Notes under the pieces: model-generated | What the model was told of the DNA's origin: nothing | Seen by the model: the letters and a program-made list of their open reading frames with translations, nothing else | Databases searched by the model: none | Shown here: piece after piece, positions 13,601 to 28,800 of the stretch | Numbering within the stretch: the first letter of the stretch is position 1 | Layout of the letters: every line of letters starts with the position of its first letter | Assembly (NCBI GenBank): GCA_964016885.1 | Contig: OZ024755.1 | Coordinates: 4,712,001 to 4,776,000 of the forward strand | Direction of reading: 5' to 3' | Source of the DNA: Eledone cirrhosa | Taxonomy: Eukaryota | DNA length: 64,000 nt | Translations under genes and position numbers: made by a program

Positions 13601-15186
13601 TCATAAAATTGAGCCATGATATTAGAACAATGTTCTTTACCATTTTATATGTTGATCTCATAGAATTGAGCCATGATATTAGAACAATGTTCTTTACCAT
13701 TTTATATGTTGATCTCATAAAATTGAGCCATGATATTAGAACAATGTTCTTTACCATTTTATATGTTGATCTCATAAAATTGAGCCATGATATTAGAACA
13801 ATGTTCTTTACCATTTTATATGTTGATCTCATAGAATTGAGCCATGATATTAGAACAATGTTCTTTACCATTTTATAATCTTGATCTCATAAAATTGAGC
13901 CATGATATTAGAACAATGTTCTTTACCATTTTATATGTTGATCTCATAAAATTGAGCCATGATATTAGAACAATGTTCTTTACCATTTTATATGTTGATC
14001 TCATAGAATTGAGCCATGATATTAGAACAATGTTCTTTACCATTTTATATGTTGATCTCATAAAATTGAGCCATGATATTAGAACAATGTTCTTTACCAT
14101 TTTATATGTTGATCTCATAAAATTGAGCCATGATATTAGAACAATGTTCTTTACCATTTTATATGTTGATCTCATAGAATTGAGCCATGATATTAGAACA
14201 ATGTTCTTTACCATTTTATATGTTGATCTCATAAAATTGAGCCATGATATTAGAACAATGTTCTTTACCATTTTATATGTTGATCTCATAGAATTGAGCC
14301 ATGATATTAGAACAATGTTCTTTACCATTTTATATGTTGATCTCATAAAATTGAGCCATGATATTAGAACAATGTTCTTTACCATTTTATATGTTGATCT
14401 CATAGAATTGAGCCATGATATTAGAACAATGTTCTTTACCATTTTATATGTTGATCTCATAAAATTGAGCCATGATATTAGAACAATGTTCTTTACCATT
14501 TTATATGTTGATCTCATAAAATTGAGCCATGATATTAGAACAATGTTCTTTAACATTTTATATGTTGATCTCATAGAATTGAGCCATGACAAAAAGCTAG
14601 ATGAAGAAATACTTTAGGGGTAACACTCAATTCACTGAAATATCATGAAATACTTCTTAAAGTTTATCAGTCTCAGTAGTCATAGTCACTACATTGATTC
14701 TGTGGTCATGACATCTGTCTCTTAGGCTGTGTTCATCTAATTCTTATCTACTTAACCCTTAAATAGCCCCATGTCCACTTAACTCTTAAATAGCAATGAT
14801 CACTTAACTCTTTAAAAAAAATCAATTATCATTTATAATATTTTTATCGAATTTGACTTTCTTCTTTGATGTTGACAAACTAAAGGTGATGGTTCCATGT
14901 TGATAGCTGTACCAATTGATGTAGATAGCAGCTGGAAGTACATTCAGTCAGTTTTGGAGGAAAGTAATTATACAATGCGTTCAGTGTATCATAGTCGACA
15001 ACTCCTGCATCTCTTCATTGCTGGCAGATTTTATAGTAAGTTGAAATGTTTTTCATGTATGTACCTCTGTATTCTGTCCAGATGGAGAGATGCCCTGTTA
15101 AAAAGAACCTGTCCAACCCATGCAAGCATGGAAAAATGGATGTAAAAACTGTGATGATTATGATCTGAGGTTTATGTTACAACATA

Positions 15187-15230
<44 letters not shown>

Positions 15231-18200
15231 ACTTTAACTGATATTACACATTATATGTTTATGTTTGTTTATTATCTTTTTAGCACAGAATAGTAAAACA
15301 ACTGGAGAGCAGGTAGAAATTAGACCTCGGTTTGTATATCTGGAAAACATTCTAGAACCTTTACCTTCACCTGAGCTTCATTTAAATTTTGATTCACCTG
15401 GTGATACAATATCCTGTTTTAAAGCGAGTCTCATAAGTGATAATGTTATTACATCATATACTCAAACAATAGGTATGTTACATCATTTGTCTGTTTCTTT
15501 TATTGGGTATAACTGGTGAGGGTTGATGAAAGGAGAATCTCATCATTATTGTCACCACATTCACCATATACTCTTACTATCTTCATTGTACCAGTAGCAG
15601 ACAGAAGCCACATGACCATGTATCAGGTTGTAGTGGGTTACATGGTACCAGTAGCAGACAGAAGCCACATGACCATGTAGCAGGTTGTAGTGGGTTACAT
15701 GGTACCAGTAGCAGACAGAAGCCACATGACCATGTATCAGGTTGTAGTGGGTTACATGGTACCAGTAGCAGACAGAAGCCACATGACCATGTAGCAGGTT
15801 GTAGTGGGTTACATGGTACCAGTAGCAGACAGAAGCCACATGACCATGTAGCAGGTTGTAGTGGGTTACATGGTACCAGTAGCAGACAGAAGCCACATGA
15901 CCATGTAGCAGGTTGTAGTGGGTTACATGGTAGCAGTAGCAGACAGAAACCACATGGCCATGTAGCAGGTTGTAGTGGGTTACATGGTACCAGTAGCAGG
16001 CAGAAGCCACATGACCATGTAGCAGGTTGTAGTGGGTTACATGGTACCAGTAGCAGACAGAAACCACATGGCCATGTAGCAGGTTTCTTCCTTTCTCTAA
16101 TAGTCCTTGCTCTTCCCCTCCTTTTCCTCTCATTTATGACATTTATAGTCCTTTCCAATACTGCTTTCTTTTTCTGTATTTTCACCAAGTTATATAAATA
16201 TTACATCACATATTCAAGTGAAAAATTAAGATTATATTTCTTTTAAACAATAACATTTCTAAACAATTGAGACAATTTTTGTTTTATAATATTGTTCTTG
16301 TTTTGTTATATTTTTTTTGTGTGTTTTTTTTTTTCTTTTTTTCTTTTGTAATAATTTTTATGACTTCAATATTTTATTATTTCAAGAACTTTTATTGAAT
16401 AAAAATGAAAAAGACATTGCTGCCCAAATGTTGTCTGAAATGGCATATGTTCAGTTGATATCTGGAGATCGAAAGTAAGTCTTGATATAACTTCTTCCAT
16501 TTATGTCCTTCAATAAAACGTTTTTTTCTAAGACTTTTTTATAACACACCCAGTACAGTCTGTAAAGTTGTTGGTAATAAGAGGAGTACCCAGCTATAGA
16601 AAATTTGCCAAACAAATGTTTGGGAGAGCTCTTTAGTTATGTCATAGACGTGGCTACCTCACTCGTGTTGGTGATCTACAATATAAACACACCCAGTATA
16701 CTCTGTAAAGTAGTTGATGATAAGAGGAGTAGCCCCATAGAGAGCTTGCCAATCAAAGGATCAGGAGGATTCTTCAGCTATATCAAAAATATATATTTTT
16801 TTAGTGGGAAGGGAAAAGTTGATGTTTATATCAATGCCATTTATTGTTCATAACAGAAACTAACTGAAATATATTTACATCTGTTTTTTTTTTTTAACTT
16901 TTCTGTGAATTATTAATTAGGACCGCATTCCAGACTTGGATTAGTTCTCTTCAACTAATTCTCCGATTAGGCAAGAAACCTGTTACCAATTGGAAAGACA
17001 TTTATCAAAGTGAGGACATTGAAGCTCAGTTATTGAAGACATGTGGAATCTGGGGTTGTTTATTTGCAGGAACCGTTGCTACAATCATTGCGAGGTAATC
17101 ACGAAATATTTGCTCAATAACTATCATCATCATCATCATCATTTTATGTCCACTTTTCCCTGTTTGCAAAGGTGGAACGGGTCCTATTCAACACTTGTCA
17201 CAGTCCTTCGTCATCTCCTCTGTGAGCTTCAACGATCTGAGATCAGCCCTCACCACCTCCGTTCATGTTTTTCGTCATCTTCCTCTACTGCGTCTTCCTT
17301 CTACTGGCATTTCTTGGCACTTCTTTACCCAACATTCATCCTCCATGTGCATCACATGTCCATGCCAACGCAGTCCTCTCCTGCACACCACAACTTATCC
17401 CTCTTATACCCAGTTTCTTTCTCACACCACCTCCGCCCATGTTTTTCGTGGTCTTCCTCGACTGCGTCTTCCTTCCACCGGGATTTCTTGGCACTTCTTT
17501 ACCCAGCGGTCATGCTCCATGCACATCACATGTCCATACCATCGCAGTCTTCTCTCCTGCACACTACAACTTATCCCTCTTATATACAGTTTCTCTCTCA
17601 ACTCATCCATACTTGGTCATTCACGCACATTGACATTGCACATCCAATGGAGCATGCTTGCTTCATTTATAAAGTAACTATTATAATGGTAATAACCCTG
17701 AAATATCACACTAAAATATACTGGGTAAAACATTACTTTGTTTTGTTTTATTTGTCATCATTTACCCGTCATATATTTCTACCACATTCTACTGGCTTTA
17801 AAATAATATATTACCAGTCTTTTACTACATAACTGTTATGATTTATTGGCTTCTATTTTCAATTTTCAGATTTTGTATAGTTGCTGATAAAAGTTTTCAG
17901 TTGGAGTATTGCTTTTTAGCATATCATTTGTTCAAGGTTGGTAGTGTCACTATTTTATATGATATATAGTGTGGTAGTGATGGTGATAGTGGTGGTGGTG
18001 GTGGTGGTGGTGGTGGTGGTTGTGTTGAGGAAGGGATATTGGTGGTGGTTGTGGTGGTGAGGAAGGGGTGATAGTGGTGGTGGTGGTGGTGGTGATAGTA
18101 GTGGTGGTAATAGTGGTGGTGATGGTGGTAGTGATAGTGGTGGTGGTGGTGGTGGTGGTGGTAGTGGTGGTGGTGGTGGTGATGGTGGTGGTGGTGGTGG

Positions 18201-19558
18201 TGATAGTAGTGGTGGTAATAGTGGTGGTGATGGTGGTGGTGGTGGTGGTGTGGTGTTGAGGAAGGGGTATTGGTGGTGGTTGTGGTGGTGAGGAAGGGGT
18301 GATAGTGGTGGTGGTGGTGGTGGTGATAGTAGTGGTGGTAATAGTGGTGGTGATGGTGGTGGTGGTGTGGTGTTGAGGAAGGGGTATTGGTGGTGGTTGT
18401 GGTGGTGAGGAAGGGGTGATAGTGGTGGTGGTGGTGGTGATGGTGGTGGTGGTGGTGGTGGTGGTGGTGGTTGTGTTGAGGAAGGGATATTGGTGGTGGT
18501 TGTGGTGGTGAGGAAGGGGTGATAGTGGTGGTGGTGGTGGTGGTGATAGTAGTGGTGGTAATAGTGGTGGTGATGGTGGTAGTGATAGTGGTGGTGGTGG
18601 TGGTGGTGGTGGTAGTGGTGGTGGTGATGGTGGTGGTGGTGGTGGTGGTGGTGGTGATAGTAGTGGTGGTAATAGTGGTGGTGATGGTGGTGGTGGTGGT
18701 GGTGTGGTGTTGAGGAAGGGGTATTGGTGGTGGTTGTGGTGGTGAGGAAGGGGTGATAGTGGTGGTGGTGGTGGTGGTGATAGTAGTGGTGGTAATAGTG
18801 GTGGTGATGGTGGTAGTGATAGTGGTGGTGGTGGTGGTGGTGGTGGTAGTGGTGGTGGTGGTGGTGGAGGTGTTGAGGAAGGGGTATTGGTGGTGGTGTG
18901 GTGTTGAGGAAGGGGTATTGGTGGTGGTTGTGGTGGTGAGGAAGGGGTGATAGTGGTGGTGGTGGTGGTGATGGTGGTGGTGGTGGTGGTGGTGGAGGTG
19001 TTGAGGAAGGGGTATTGGTGGTGGTTGTGGTGGTGAGGAAGGGGTGATAGTGGTGGTGGTGGTGGTGGTGATAGTAGTGGTGGTAATAGTGGTGGTGATG
19101 GTGGTGGTGGTGGTGGAGGTGTTGAGGAAGGGGTATTGGTGGTGGTGGTGGTGTTGAGGAAGGGGTATTGGTGGTGGTGGTGGTTATGAGGAAGTGGTGA
19201 TAGTGGTGGTTGTGGTGGAGAGGAAGGGGTGATAGTGGTGATAGTGGTGGTGGTGATTTGAATTTTTTTTTTTTATGTTTTGTGTGTAGTTTATTTTATT
19301 TTATTTTATCTTTTATGTTTTTATTTTCCAGGCAATTTTTAGTGGCTCCTTAGAACATCCGCAGCTTGATATAATGTTTGCAAAGTACAATGTCGGGGAA
19401 AATTTTCTGTCTCGACAAATCATCTCTGACCTGCCTCTGTTTGGTGACCATTATCGTCTTCCTAGCAAACAACTGGACTTTTCTTTACTCTGGATTATTG
19501 AGACATTATTTACATATGGTTATTATTTGAAGGTAAAATACATACATATTCACTTATG

Positions 19559-19589
<31 letters not shown>

Positions 19590-22500
19590 TACATACACAC
19601 ACATGCACACACTACATACACACAACATACACACATATACACACATACACACGCACATACACACATACGCGCACATACACATGTACACGCACGCACACAC
19701 ACACACACACACACTACATACACACACATGCACACACTACATACACACAACATACACACATATACACACATACACACGCACATACACACATACGCGCACA
19801 TACACATGTACACGCACGCACACACACACACACACACACACCACATACACACATACACACACATGCACACATCCACACACACACGCAAACACAAACACAC
19901 ACCACATACACACATACATACACACATGTGCACATACACACACATACACACGCACATACATACACAAACACACACATTCACACAGATAGAGAACATCCCC
20001 ACAGATACAAAATACACAAACAAAGGCCTATAAAGACAGGGTCAAATTTAATGGGGAGGCAAAGGAGGGACTAGCCCTGGGCCCCCACCAGCGACGGCCA
20101 TAGCAATCTATTTGTGCCCTCAGCTGGGCTTTTTACTTTTAGGATGGTTAAAATTTTTTAATTTAATACCCGTATGTATAACTTTTTAATTCCAATTACT
20201 TTTTCAAATTTCAGATGCTGCCCCTTCTCACCTTACACATTCATCTTAGTCGTTCTGTTTATCGGGATTTAAGACATTATATTCAAGGTAAATTATATCG
20301 GCTTCGAGCTTTTACATGTCTCCACATGTTTACCGAAGCTACTCGGGTAGCTCAGCAACTACTCAATGGTTTTCACTTACCCCTCATTACCATTTCTTTA
20401 ACTCGTTTAATTGAGACTAGATTGGATCACCTGGTTTTTGACTCCTCGTTAAATCTCACAGACCCAATTAACTTAAAGGTAAATAAATATTTGGTTTTGT
20501 TAATATATATATTTAGTTATCTTTTACTCTCTCTAAACATGTCTTTAAATGTCAATGTTACTCTCTCTAAACATATCTTTAAATGTCAATGTTACTCTCT
20601 CTAAACATGTCTTTAAATGTCAATGTTACTCTCTCTAAACATGTCTTTAAATGTCAATGTTACTCTCTCTAAACATATCTTTAAATGTCACTGTTACTCT
20701 CTCTAAACATATCTTTAAATGTCAATGTTACTCTCTCTAAACATGTCTTTAAATGTCACTGTTACTCTCTCTAAACATATCTTTAAATGTCAATGTTACT
20801 CTCTCTAAACATATCTTTAAATGTCACTGTTACTCTCTCTAAACATATCTTTAAATGTCAATGTTACTCTCTCTAAACATATCTTGAAATGCCAGCCTTT
20901 GGATTCTTAATTGATGGAATTGTTTTGATGCCATTTATAGGTATTGCATTTTATCTGTGGAAAGAGTTTGCCAAACCAATTAACCTCACTCTACGGACCA
21001 CATATCTACTGTGAATTATCTCTGGCTATTATTAGACTTATCTTAACAATTGCTGAGTGTATTAATGTCATTCCTGAAGAAGATGACAATTTGTAAGTTG
21101 TCTTAAATTTTACTTCACTCTCAGTAAAATAATGGTTTCTAATTTAGGCACAAGGCCAGCAATTTTGTTGGGAGGCGCAAGTCGATTAAATCGACCCCAG
21201 TGCATTACTGGTGCTTTATTTTATCGACCTCCGTAAGGATGAAAGGCAAAGACAACCAAATTCTTAAAAGTTTGCAGCTTCTCAAGTTTTCAATATTGAA
21301 AATCTGATAACCTAACAATTTCCATTGTTCAAACATTGTTTTATGAGGGTTTCTTCAAAAATAAAGAAATTAATTTGTACAAGTGTTGCTGCCATACTGG
21401 ATAAGATTGTTACTAGTTCTAGTTTTATGATGGTTTCTTTGTGTAGTAATCAAAATAAAGTCTATTGTTTGAAGGATTTACTGTAAAGATTTCCGTCTAT
21501 TGGAATTATTAATGATGTTTTTTTTTATGTTTCTTTATTCCAATTAGTCCGACAATAATCAAAGGTCTATTTTACCCACACGACATTGGTAAGTGCAGCT
21601 TTTTGGTGTAGTTTGGTTTTTGTTTTTTCCACATTTAGTGGAAACGTCTTCTATCTTTTCTAAAGTCTGCCTCAAGCCTGGTGGTTTGTCAGGTCAGTCC
21701 TTATCCCGGTTTAATACAAGTGTGTATAATATGAAAGTGTATAATATGAGTGTGTATAATATGTGAGTGTATTGTATATGAGAATGTATAATATGTGAGT
21801 GTATAATATGAGAGTGTATAATATGTGAGTGTATTGTATAATATGAGAATGTATAATATGTGAGTGTATAATATGAGAGTGTATAATATGTGAGTGTATT
21901 GTATAATATGAGAGTGTATAATATGTGAGTGTATAATATGAGAATGTATATAATATGAGAATGTATAATATGATAATCCATTACAGTTTTAAACCCACTT
22001 TAATTGTAGATTCTAATGATATGAGCCAGAATATATTCACATCTTCAGAAGGTCCTATAGCATTGGAACGAATGAAAGCTTTACTATTGTCTGTGGCCAA
22101 CCACAGACTGGACACATTGACCAATGAAATACAGTCAAAACAAGATAACAAAACCAGTTAATATGATATATATACTTTTTCTTTTAAATTAGTTCTATTG
22201 CTTGTATTTAGGAACAAATATCATAGACCTAGTCTCTTTATATACCATATATACTTGAATATACCACATACACTTGAATATAAGCTGACTGGTCCCTGTT
22301 TTATTCATATATACTTGAATATAAGCTGTCTGGTCCCTGTTTTATTCATATATACTTGAATATACCACATACACTTGAATATAAGCGGACTGGTCCCTGT
22401 TTTATGTCTGAGAAATGGGTAAAAATCCAAACCCTGTTTATAAACCGAGGCAGCTAATCAGCAGAATGAAGCCATTGAAGATGGGAATGACCATGAAAAG

Positions 22501-22858
22501 ATGAAAATATCTGTTGAGGACTTTCATATCCAGAAATGGTTGTATTTTTGTCACTTCTTCAAGATAGTAATTGCTAATATGTCGGTAGAGACATTTCCAA
22601 CAACAGAAAGAGTTGGCTTGCTTCATGTGCTGATCTCTACAGAATCCATCAACTTTGAGACATGTTGGATGGGTCAACAGAAATATAAAGATAATGTTTA
22701 GATGGTGTATATAAGCCGAACCCCACCACCCAACATTTTACCATCAATATTTTGGTCACATATTCCAGTAGATACAGTATTTAACTTATATTTTAGAAAA
22801 TGTTTATAGACCTAATCTTTTAATTTATTTAACTTGTATTTTAGATTACCTTGTATTG

Positions 22859-22896
<38 letters not shown>

Positions 22897-25800
22897 TACA
22901 TATATATACACACACACAAATACACATGAGGGTTGGGCTGAAAAGTTCATAGGCTGACTATGAAGGAGTGATGCTAGAGCTGTGAATAATAACTGCATTG
23001 TTTCTTTCCAGGAACTATGTTGAAAAATGAACCACATTTGGTCATTCCATGAGAGTATCTTGGTTATCCTATGAAGGATTAATAAATGCCATTTCATCAT
23101 TCCATGAGAGTATCTTGGTTATCATATGAACGTTTCAGTCAACCCTCATAATAGGTCAAATTGTTATAAATATATATATTTTGTCTTATTTTTCTTCATT
23201 TTAGAAACTCTTTCCGCTTTTTATCTTGATTTGAAAATAAAGTGCTACTTCGAACGTTCTCGGTTTTATCAGCAGAAACATCAGTTTTATTATGCTGCTA
23301 AACGGTGTATTGCAGCCATGCAGCTGATGCAGCAACTAAATTCTGACATTTCTACAACAGCAACATCTCCTAAAGGGTTAGGATATATAAATCATCTCAT
23401 TTAATATTTAAAAAATAAGTGGAGTCGTGTGGCCTAGTGGTAAGGGTGTTGGACTTACGATCATATTGTCATTTGTTTTATTCCTGAGCTGTGTTGTGTG
23501 TTGTGTTCTTGAGCAAAAACACTTCATTTCACGTTGCTCCAGTATACTCAGCTGAAAATGGGTACCAGCAGCAGTAGCTGGGGGTTTAACCCTGCGATGG
23601 ACTGGTATCCTGTCCAGGGAAGAGTCTTGTACACTCAGTCACTTCACACCATAGAGGCCGGGATAAGCACCGCTCTGATGGGCCACGTGCCTCCACATTT
23701 CATTCCTCCAGGGTGGATAAAATAAATACCAATAACATATAGTTATCACCACCATCATCATCATCAACACCACTACCGTCTTCGTCATCATCATCATCAT
23801 CATCTTCATTTAATGTCTATCTTCCATGCTAGCATGGGTTAGACGGGAGTTGTCCCACTTGAGGCAAGATTGGTTGGGTGACCGTGTCTCACTCATATAG
23901 GACTATCTGGCAGGTTTTCTATGGCTGGATGCCCTTCCTAACACCAACCACATTTACAGTGTGGACTGGGAGCTTTTTACCATGTTACCTACATGACTAG
24001 ATTACAGCGTGGACTGTGTGTTTTTTTGCCGTGACACTTACACGACCTCATTATTTGGGACTGGATGCTGTGGTACAACATAACTTTATAGAGAAAGGGG
24101 TGATGTTGGTGGGTGTGGGAGGATGGAGTAGGGGTAGTGGGTTGGGGTGTATATTTGGTGGGGGGGGGGGGCTACTGACTGTAGGTTAACTTTGCACGTA
24201 GGGAAGGTTGGTCTTCTGTAATACTGCGTGGCACCAAAGATCCCGATCCAGTGACATTGTCTTAGAGAGGAGCAAGTGTGCAAGGTCGGACTTTATCATG
24301 TCGTCCCATGTTTTTCTGGGTCTACCTACTCCATAACTTCCATCGATTACTGTAATTTAAACAGATAAGAAGCAAAGAACAAATTTCTTGAAGAACCCTG
24401 AAGAGAGAAGGTTTTTTTACTGATTAAGTAGTCCTAATTATATTATTAGTATTTTCTTTATAAACCCCACAAAACTAGAAAAACTAGTTTCCTTTTCAAG
24501 ATATGAACTAAAAAATAGGGGACCTTGAAATTAGATATTATACCCACTTTCTTATTAAAAAAGTACATAAATATATAGCAATTTCTAATGATAGAAAAAG
24601 GGCCACATTTGTAAGGAAGGGATCTTGTTAGTTGATTGAATCCCTTTATTTATCTGGTACTTAATTTATTTAATATTAAAGGAATGAATGACACAGTAAA
24701 TTCTAGTAGGACTTGAACTCACAATACACATAACTAAATACTGTATTCCAATTAATGTTCCTTCTTGGCTATATCTGAACATTTTCTTCCTAACTCTAAC
24801 AGAAAAACCCCAGAAAGTATCAGTGAAAGCAACGCAAGTGAAGTTAAATCTGGTATTCTGAATAATTCATCAGATAACATGGAATATTTACCAAGGATTG
24901 GCTCAGCATTCTGGTTAAAATGTCGGTTAAACCTGGTGAAAAACATGAACTCATTTGTTGTCAGTAATGAATCTTTTAAAGGTAAAAAGAAAGCCCTTTG
25001 CTCTTGGGTAAATTTTATGAAATGTTTTCTATTTTTTTAGAAATGTTGAGCAGTTATGTATTTATTAAAAATTAACCTAGAGTTAGAAGATTCAAAGTAT
25101 TTCTTTTATTATGAAAAATAATCTAACAAACTGGGGCATAAAAACATCTTGACGGAAAAAAGTTGACAGCGTCCCAATGGAAAGACCAACGGAAACATTG
25201 TTTCCTTGGTCCGATTTGATGAAGTTCCACCCCACTCGGTAAGAAAATGAGGTCTGGGAACTTGTTGACCAATCAGATGTTATTGTTCTATTACAGTGAT
25301 GTTTGTGAATGATTTTTTTTTTAAATGACTGTATTTCATATATCTCCTTACAGACTTTGGTGAAATTTTAATGCAAGATCTGTCATCTATTGTACGATAT
25401 TGCCTGGAAGGGCAACAGGAAGCCAAGAGTTGCAAGGATCTCGAAAATGAAGCAGCATTTATTTATATGGAAGCATTGGATCAGTTTAAAATAACTTCTT
25501 CTGAGGCCTCTAGTGATTTGTGTCAGGTAGGTGTTAAGAACCTTATCAATGTTTATTTAAACTGTTCAAGAGTTTTAACCCTTTCATGGCCACATTTCTA
25601 ACGAAGTACACTCTATTTTAATTAATTAATGGAGAATTTTGAGGAATTTACTAAAATTATTAATTATTTCATTAGTAAGATAGTAACTTAATGTAAGGGT
25701 CTTATATAAAATTATGTTGGAAGATTTTAATTTAAATTGGAAACCTTTAAAATGGATGGCTTTATTTCACAGAACCAGAACTGGTTTTGGCTAGGTTGGT

Positions 25801-28800
25801 AACTAAAGGGTTAAATATTGTATTTGGAAAATATAAACATGAAGCAGAGAGGAATATATTTTATTGAATAGAATAGAAATGAATTGTCAATGAATACTGA
25901 TTTCTTTAGTTCAGATATAATTAACGAGCAACCTTGTGTGTTTTGTCATGTGTGCGTGTGTGTTTGTGTTTGTGTGTGCGTGTGTGAGAATTCATTGTGT
26001 ATGTGTGTGTGTGCTCATGTATTTGTGCATGTGTGTGCGCACATGTATTTGTGTGTGTATGTGTGTGCATGTGTCCATGTGTATGTGTGTGTGCATATGT
26101 GTGAGTGTTCGTATGTATGTGTGCATGTATTCAAGAGTATGTGTGTGTTCATATATGTGGGTTCATGAGTATGTGTGTGTGTGTGTGTGCATGTGTTCAT
26201 GATTATGTGTGTGAGTGAGTGTTAAATATCAACTTTCTATCTGTTGGTCAGCTGAAGTTTTGTTTCCTGTTTAATCCACAGAAAGGTATAAATGTGATAC
26301 AACAGTGTCAAGAATTATCTGTTGATGGTTTCCAAACACTGGCCAATCTGTTAATGCTCCAGACTGACCTGCAGATAAAAACCAATATACCAATGACCCT
26401 TTCCTCAGCTAAAAATGCTATTGATGTTTATATTAAAGTGAAAGAACTCATAAAGAATAGAGTAAGTTCTTTAAAATTTATTTGTTGCTGTTTTTACTGG
26501 TTTTTTTTTGTTTTACTGATATTTGTGTTTGTGTTTTTGTTGTTTTTTACTCTCAAAGATGTCAAAGATATCAAAAAATGATAGAAATCTTCATCCTTCA
26601 CCTTAACCCTTCAGCATTTAAACCGGCCGTATCCGGCCAGAATTCTCTCACCTCTTTTTGTTCTCAAAATGAATAATATCATAAATTTACATTACTCTAT
26701 ATTTACTATTATATTTTCATGATAAAGGCTTTACCTCACATAATTATCTCACATGATATAAAACTTATGAGATTTCAATATTATTTATTTTGAGAACAAT
26801 ACCTTAACATCAGCATGAGCGGCCGGTTACAGCCGGTTTGAACAGAAAGAACTGAGAAAATTCTGGCCAGATACAGTCGGTTTAAATGCTAAAGGGTAAA
26901 AGTCTTTAAATTGTTTTCTTTAGTTCATTTTTCTTATTCATTTCAGCTTCAAGTTCTAGAGCCAAATATTGAACTGAAAAAGATGAAGAATATATACTTA
27001 CCATTCTTAGATATATTAGCTGATGTTGATCTTCGCATTGGTCTTATATCTGTTAAACATTCTCAATGTTCTGATATCAATGAGTAAGTCTAATGCTAAA
27101 TATTTTGTGATGTATTTATCCCTTTCATTTATTCAATATGTTCATTGTTCCCAATTCTCAGGTGAGAATCCACTTCTTTGTAGTGAAATGATAAAACATT
27201 AACTGACTCAGTTCTTCACCAAATAGTTCTGTATCTTTGTAGTGACTCTCTTTAAGAAGAATGATTTAGAAACATAAGAATGTAAATATTTCTTAAGCCC
27301 TGAGATACATTTGAGACCCAGTCTATAGTTGTAGTTGTTTAAGAAGACATTATGAGGATATAAGATGTAGATTTTCCTGGATTTATATTCAGTGATAACA
27401 TTTCTGACAGTGAGGTAAAGTAAGAAGTACTAAACTTTCTCCAGAAGCAATAATATTTTTGCAGGGTCTTTGAACTTATAGCACATGACCTCATTGTTCA
27501 ATCCCAGATATTTGCAGCTATTTTATATAAACCAGTGGTTCCCAAAGTGGGTTTTGCAAACAAGTGTCTGGGATTCCATGAAAAAAAGTAAAGGAGTATA
27601 CTTATATTACAACCAGATAACAGGATTAGATTTTGGTGTTGCCCCAAAAGTTTCTGAACCAAAAAGTGTTCTGCATTTGAAAATGTTTGGCAAACCCTGA
27701 TTTAAATTAACACCAAAATTATATCTGTCAGTTTATTTTAAAATATTTTGCCTGGATTTCTTTCAGTTTAACAAGTGTTGAATCTAAGCTAGGTGCCAAG
27801 GTGTTCAGTTCCCTTGAGTTGCTAAATGAAGCCATATTGTTAAACCAGTCCATTAATTTTTATAGACCCAACTTTGCGATGGAAATATTGTTACAAACTG
27901 GTAAGGATGCTTTGATAATGATTTAATATTGATACGGTTATTGGAATAAAATCTAATAGTATAACTTTGATAATGATTTAATATTGATACGGTTATTGGA
28001 ATAAAATCTAATAGTATAACTTTGATAATGATTTAATATTGATACGGTTATTGGAATAAAATCTAATAGTATAACTTTGATAATGATTTAATATTGATAC
28101 GGTTATTGGAATAACATCTCTTAATTATCCAAATATCCAAGCTACTATTGCGGAACCAACACATAGGAGAAGCAGTAGAGGAACCTTCATCAAACCTTCT
28201 AGAACCTCCATCAATCAACTCTCAGACAATACAAACCTCAGTAGGGAGTAGTTGCCAGGAGTAATGGAAAATCATTAATTGTGGAGAGAGAGGATTTGTC
28301 AGGAATGTTCGACTGTGGTTGCAGTGATGATAATGATGGTGAATTATTCAATAGTAGAATATAAAATGTAGATCTATCTTCAACTATAATACATTTTTTT
28401 ATTTTTTTGTGAGAACCCTTTTAGGCATGTATATATACAAATTGTGTTATAGCAAGTTTTCTCATTTTCATATTGTATTGGTTTATTAGTAAACTATTTA
28501 TACACATATATGCTATCTCTATATATATGTTATATCTACATATATATATATAATTGACAGGCAAAATTCTACGATACCTGTCTGAAATTATACCACCAGT
28601 TGCACCAATCAATCTATTTATCAGCGCTATAAAAGTGGCTTATTCATCACATCAGAGTATTGTGTAAGTTGACACTATTTTTAATTTATTTCCAGTTTCA
28701 TTTTATATTAATATAAAAAATATATTCAAACTCTGCATTGAGCTGGGGCTAAGGATGGAAGCATAACAGCTGTGGGTATTGTAACCAAGATGGGGTTACC

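Noticed and set aside
13227-14617. Long repetitive ORFs (199-257 aa) on both strands
   Set aside because: Artefact of a 57-bp unit (a multiple of 3) inside an intron; the flanking exons join in frame without it.
15561-16188. Cys/His-rich minus-strand ORFs resembling metal-binding proteins
   Set aside because: 57-bp tandem repeat with no splice or expression signals.
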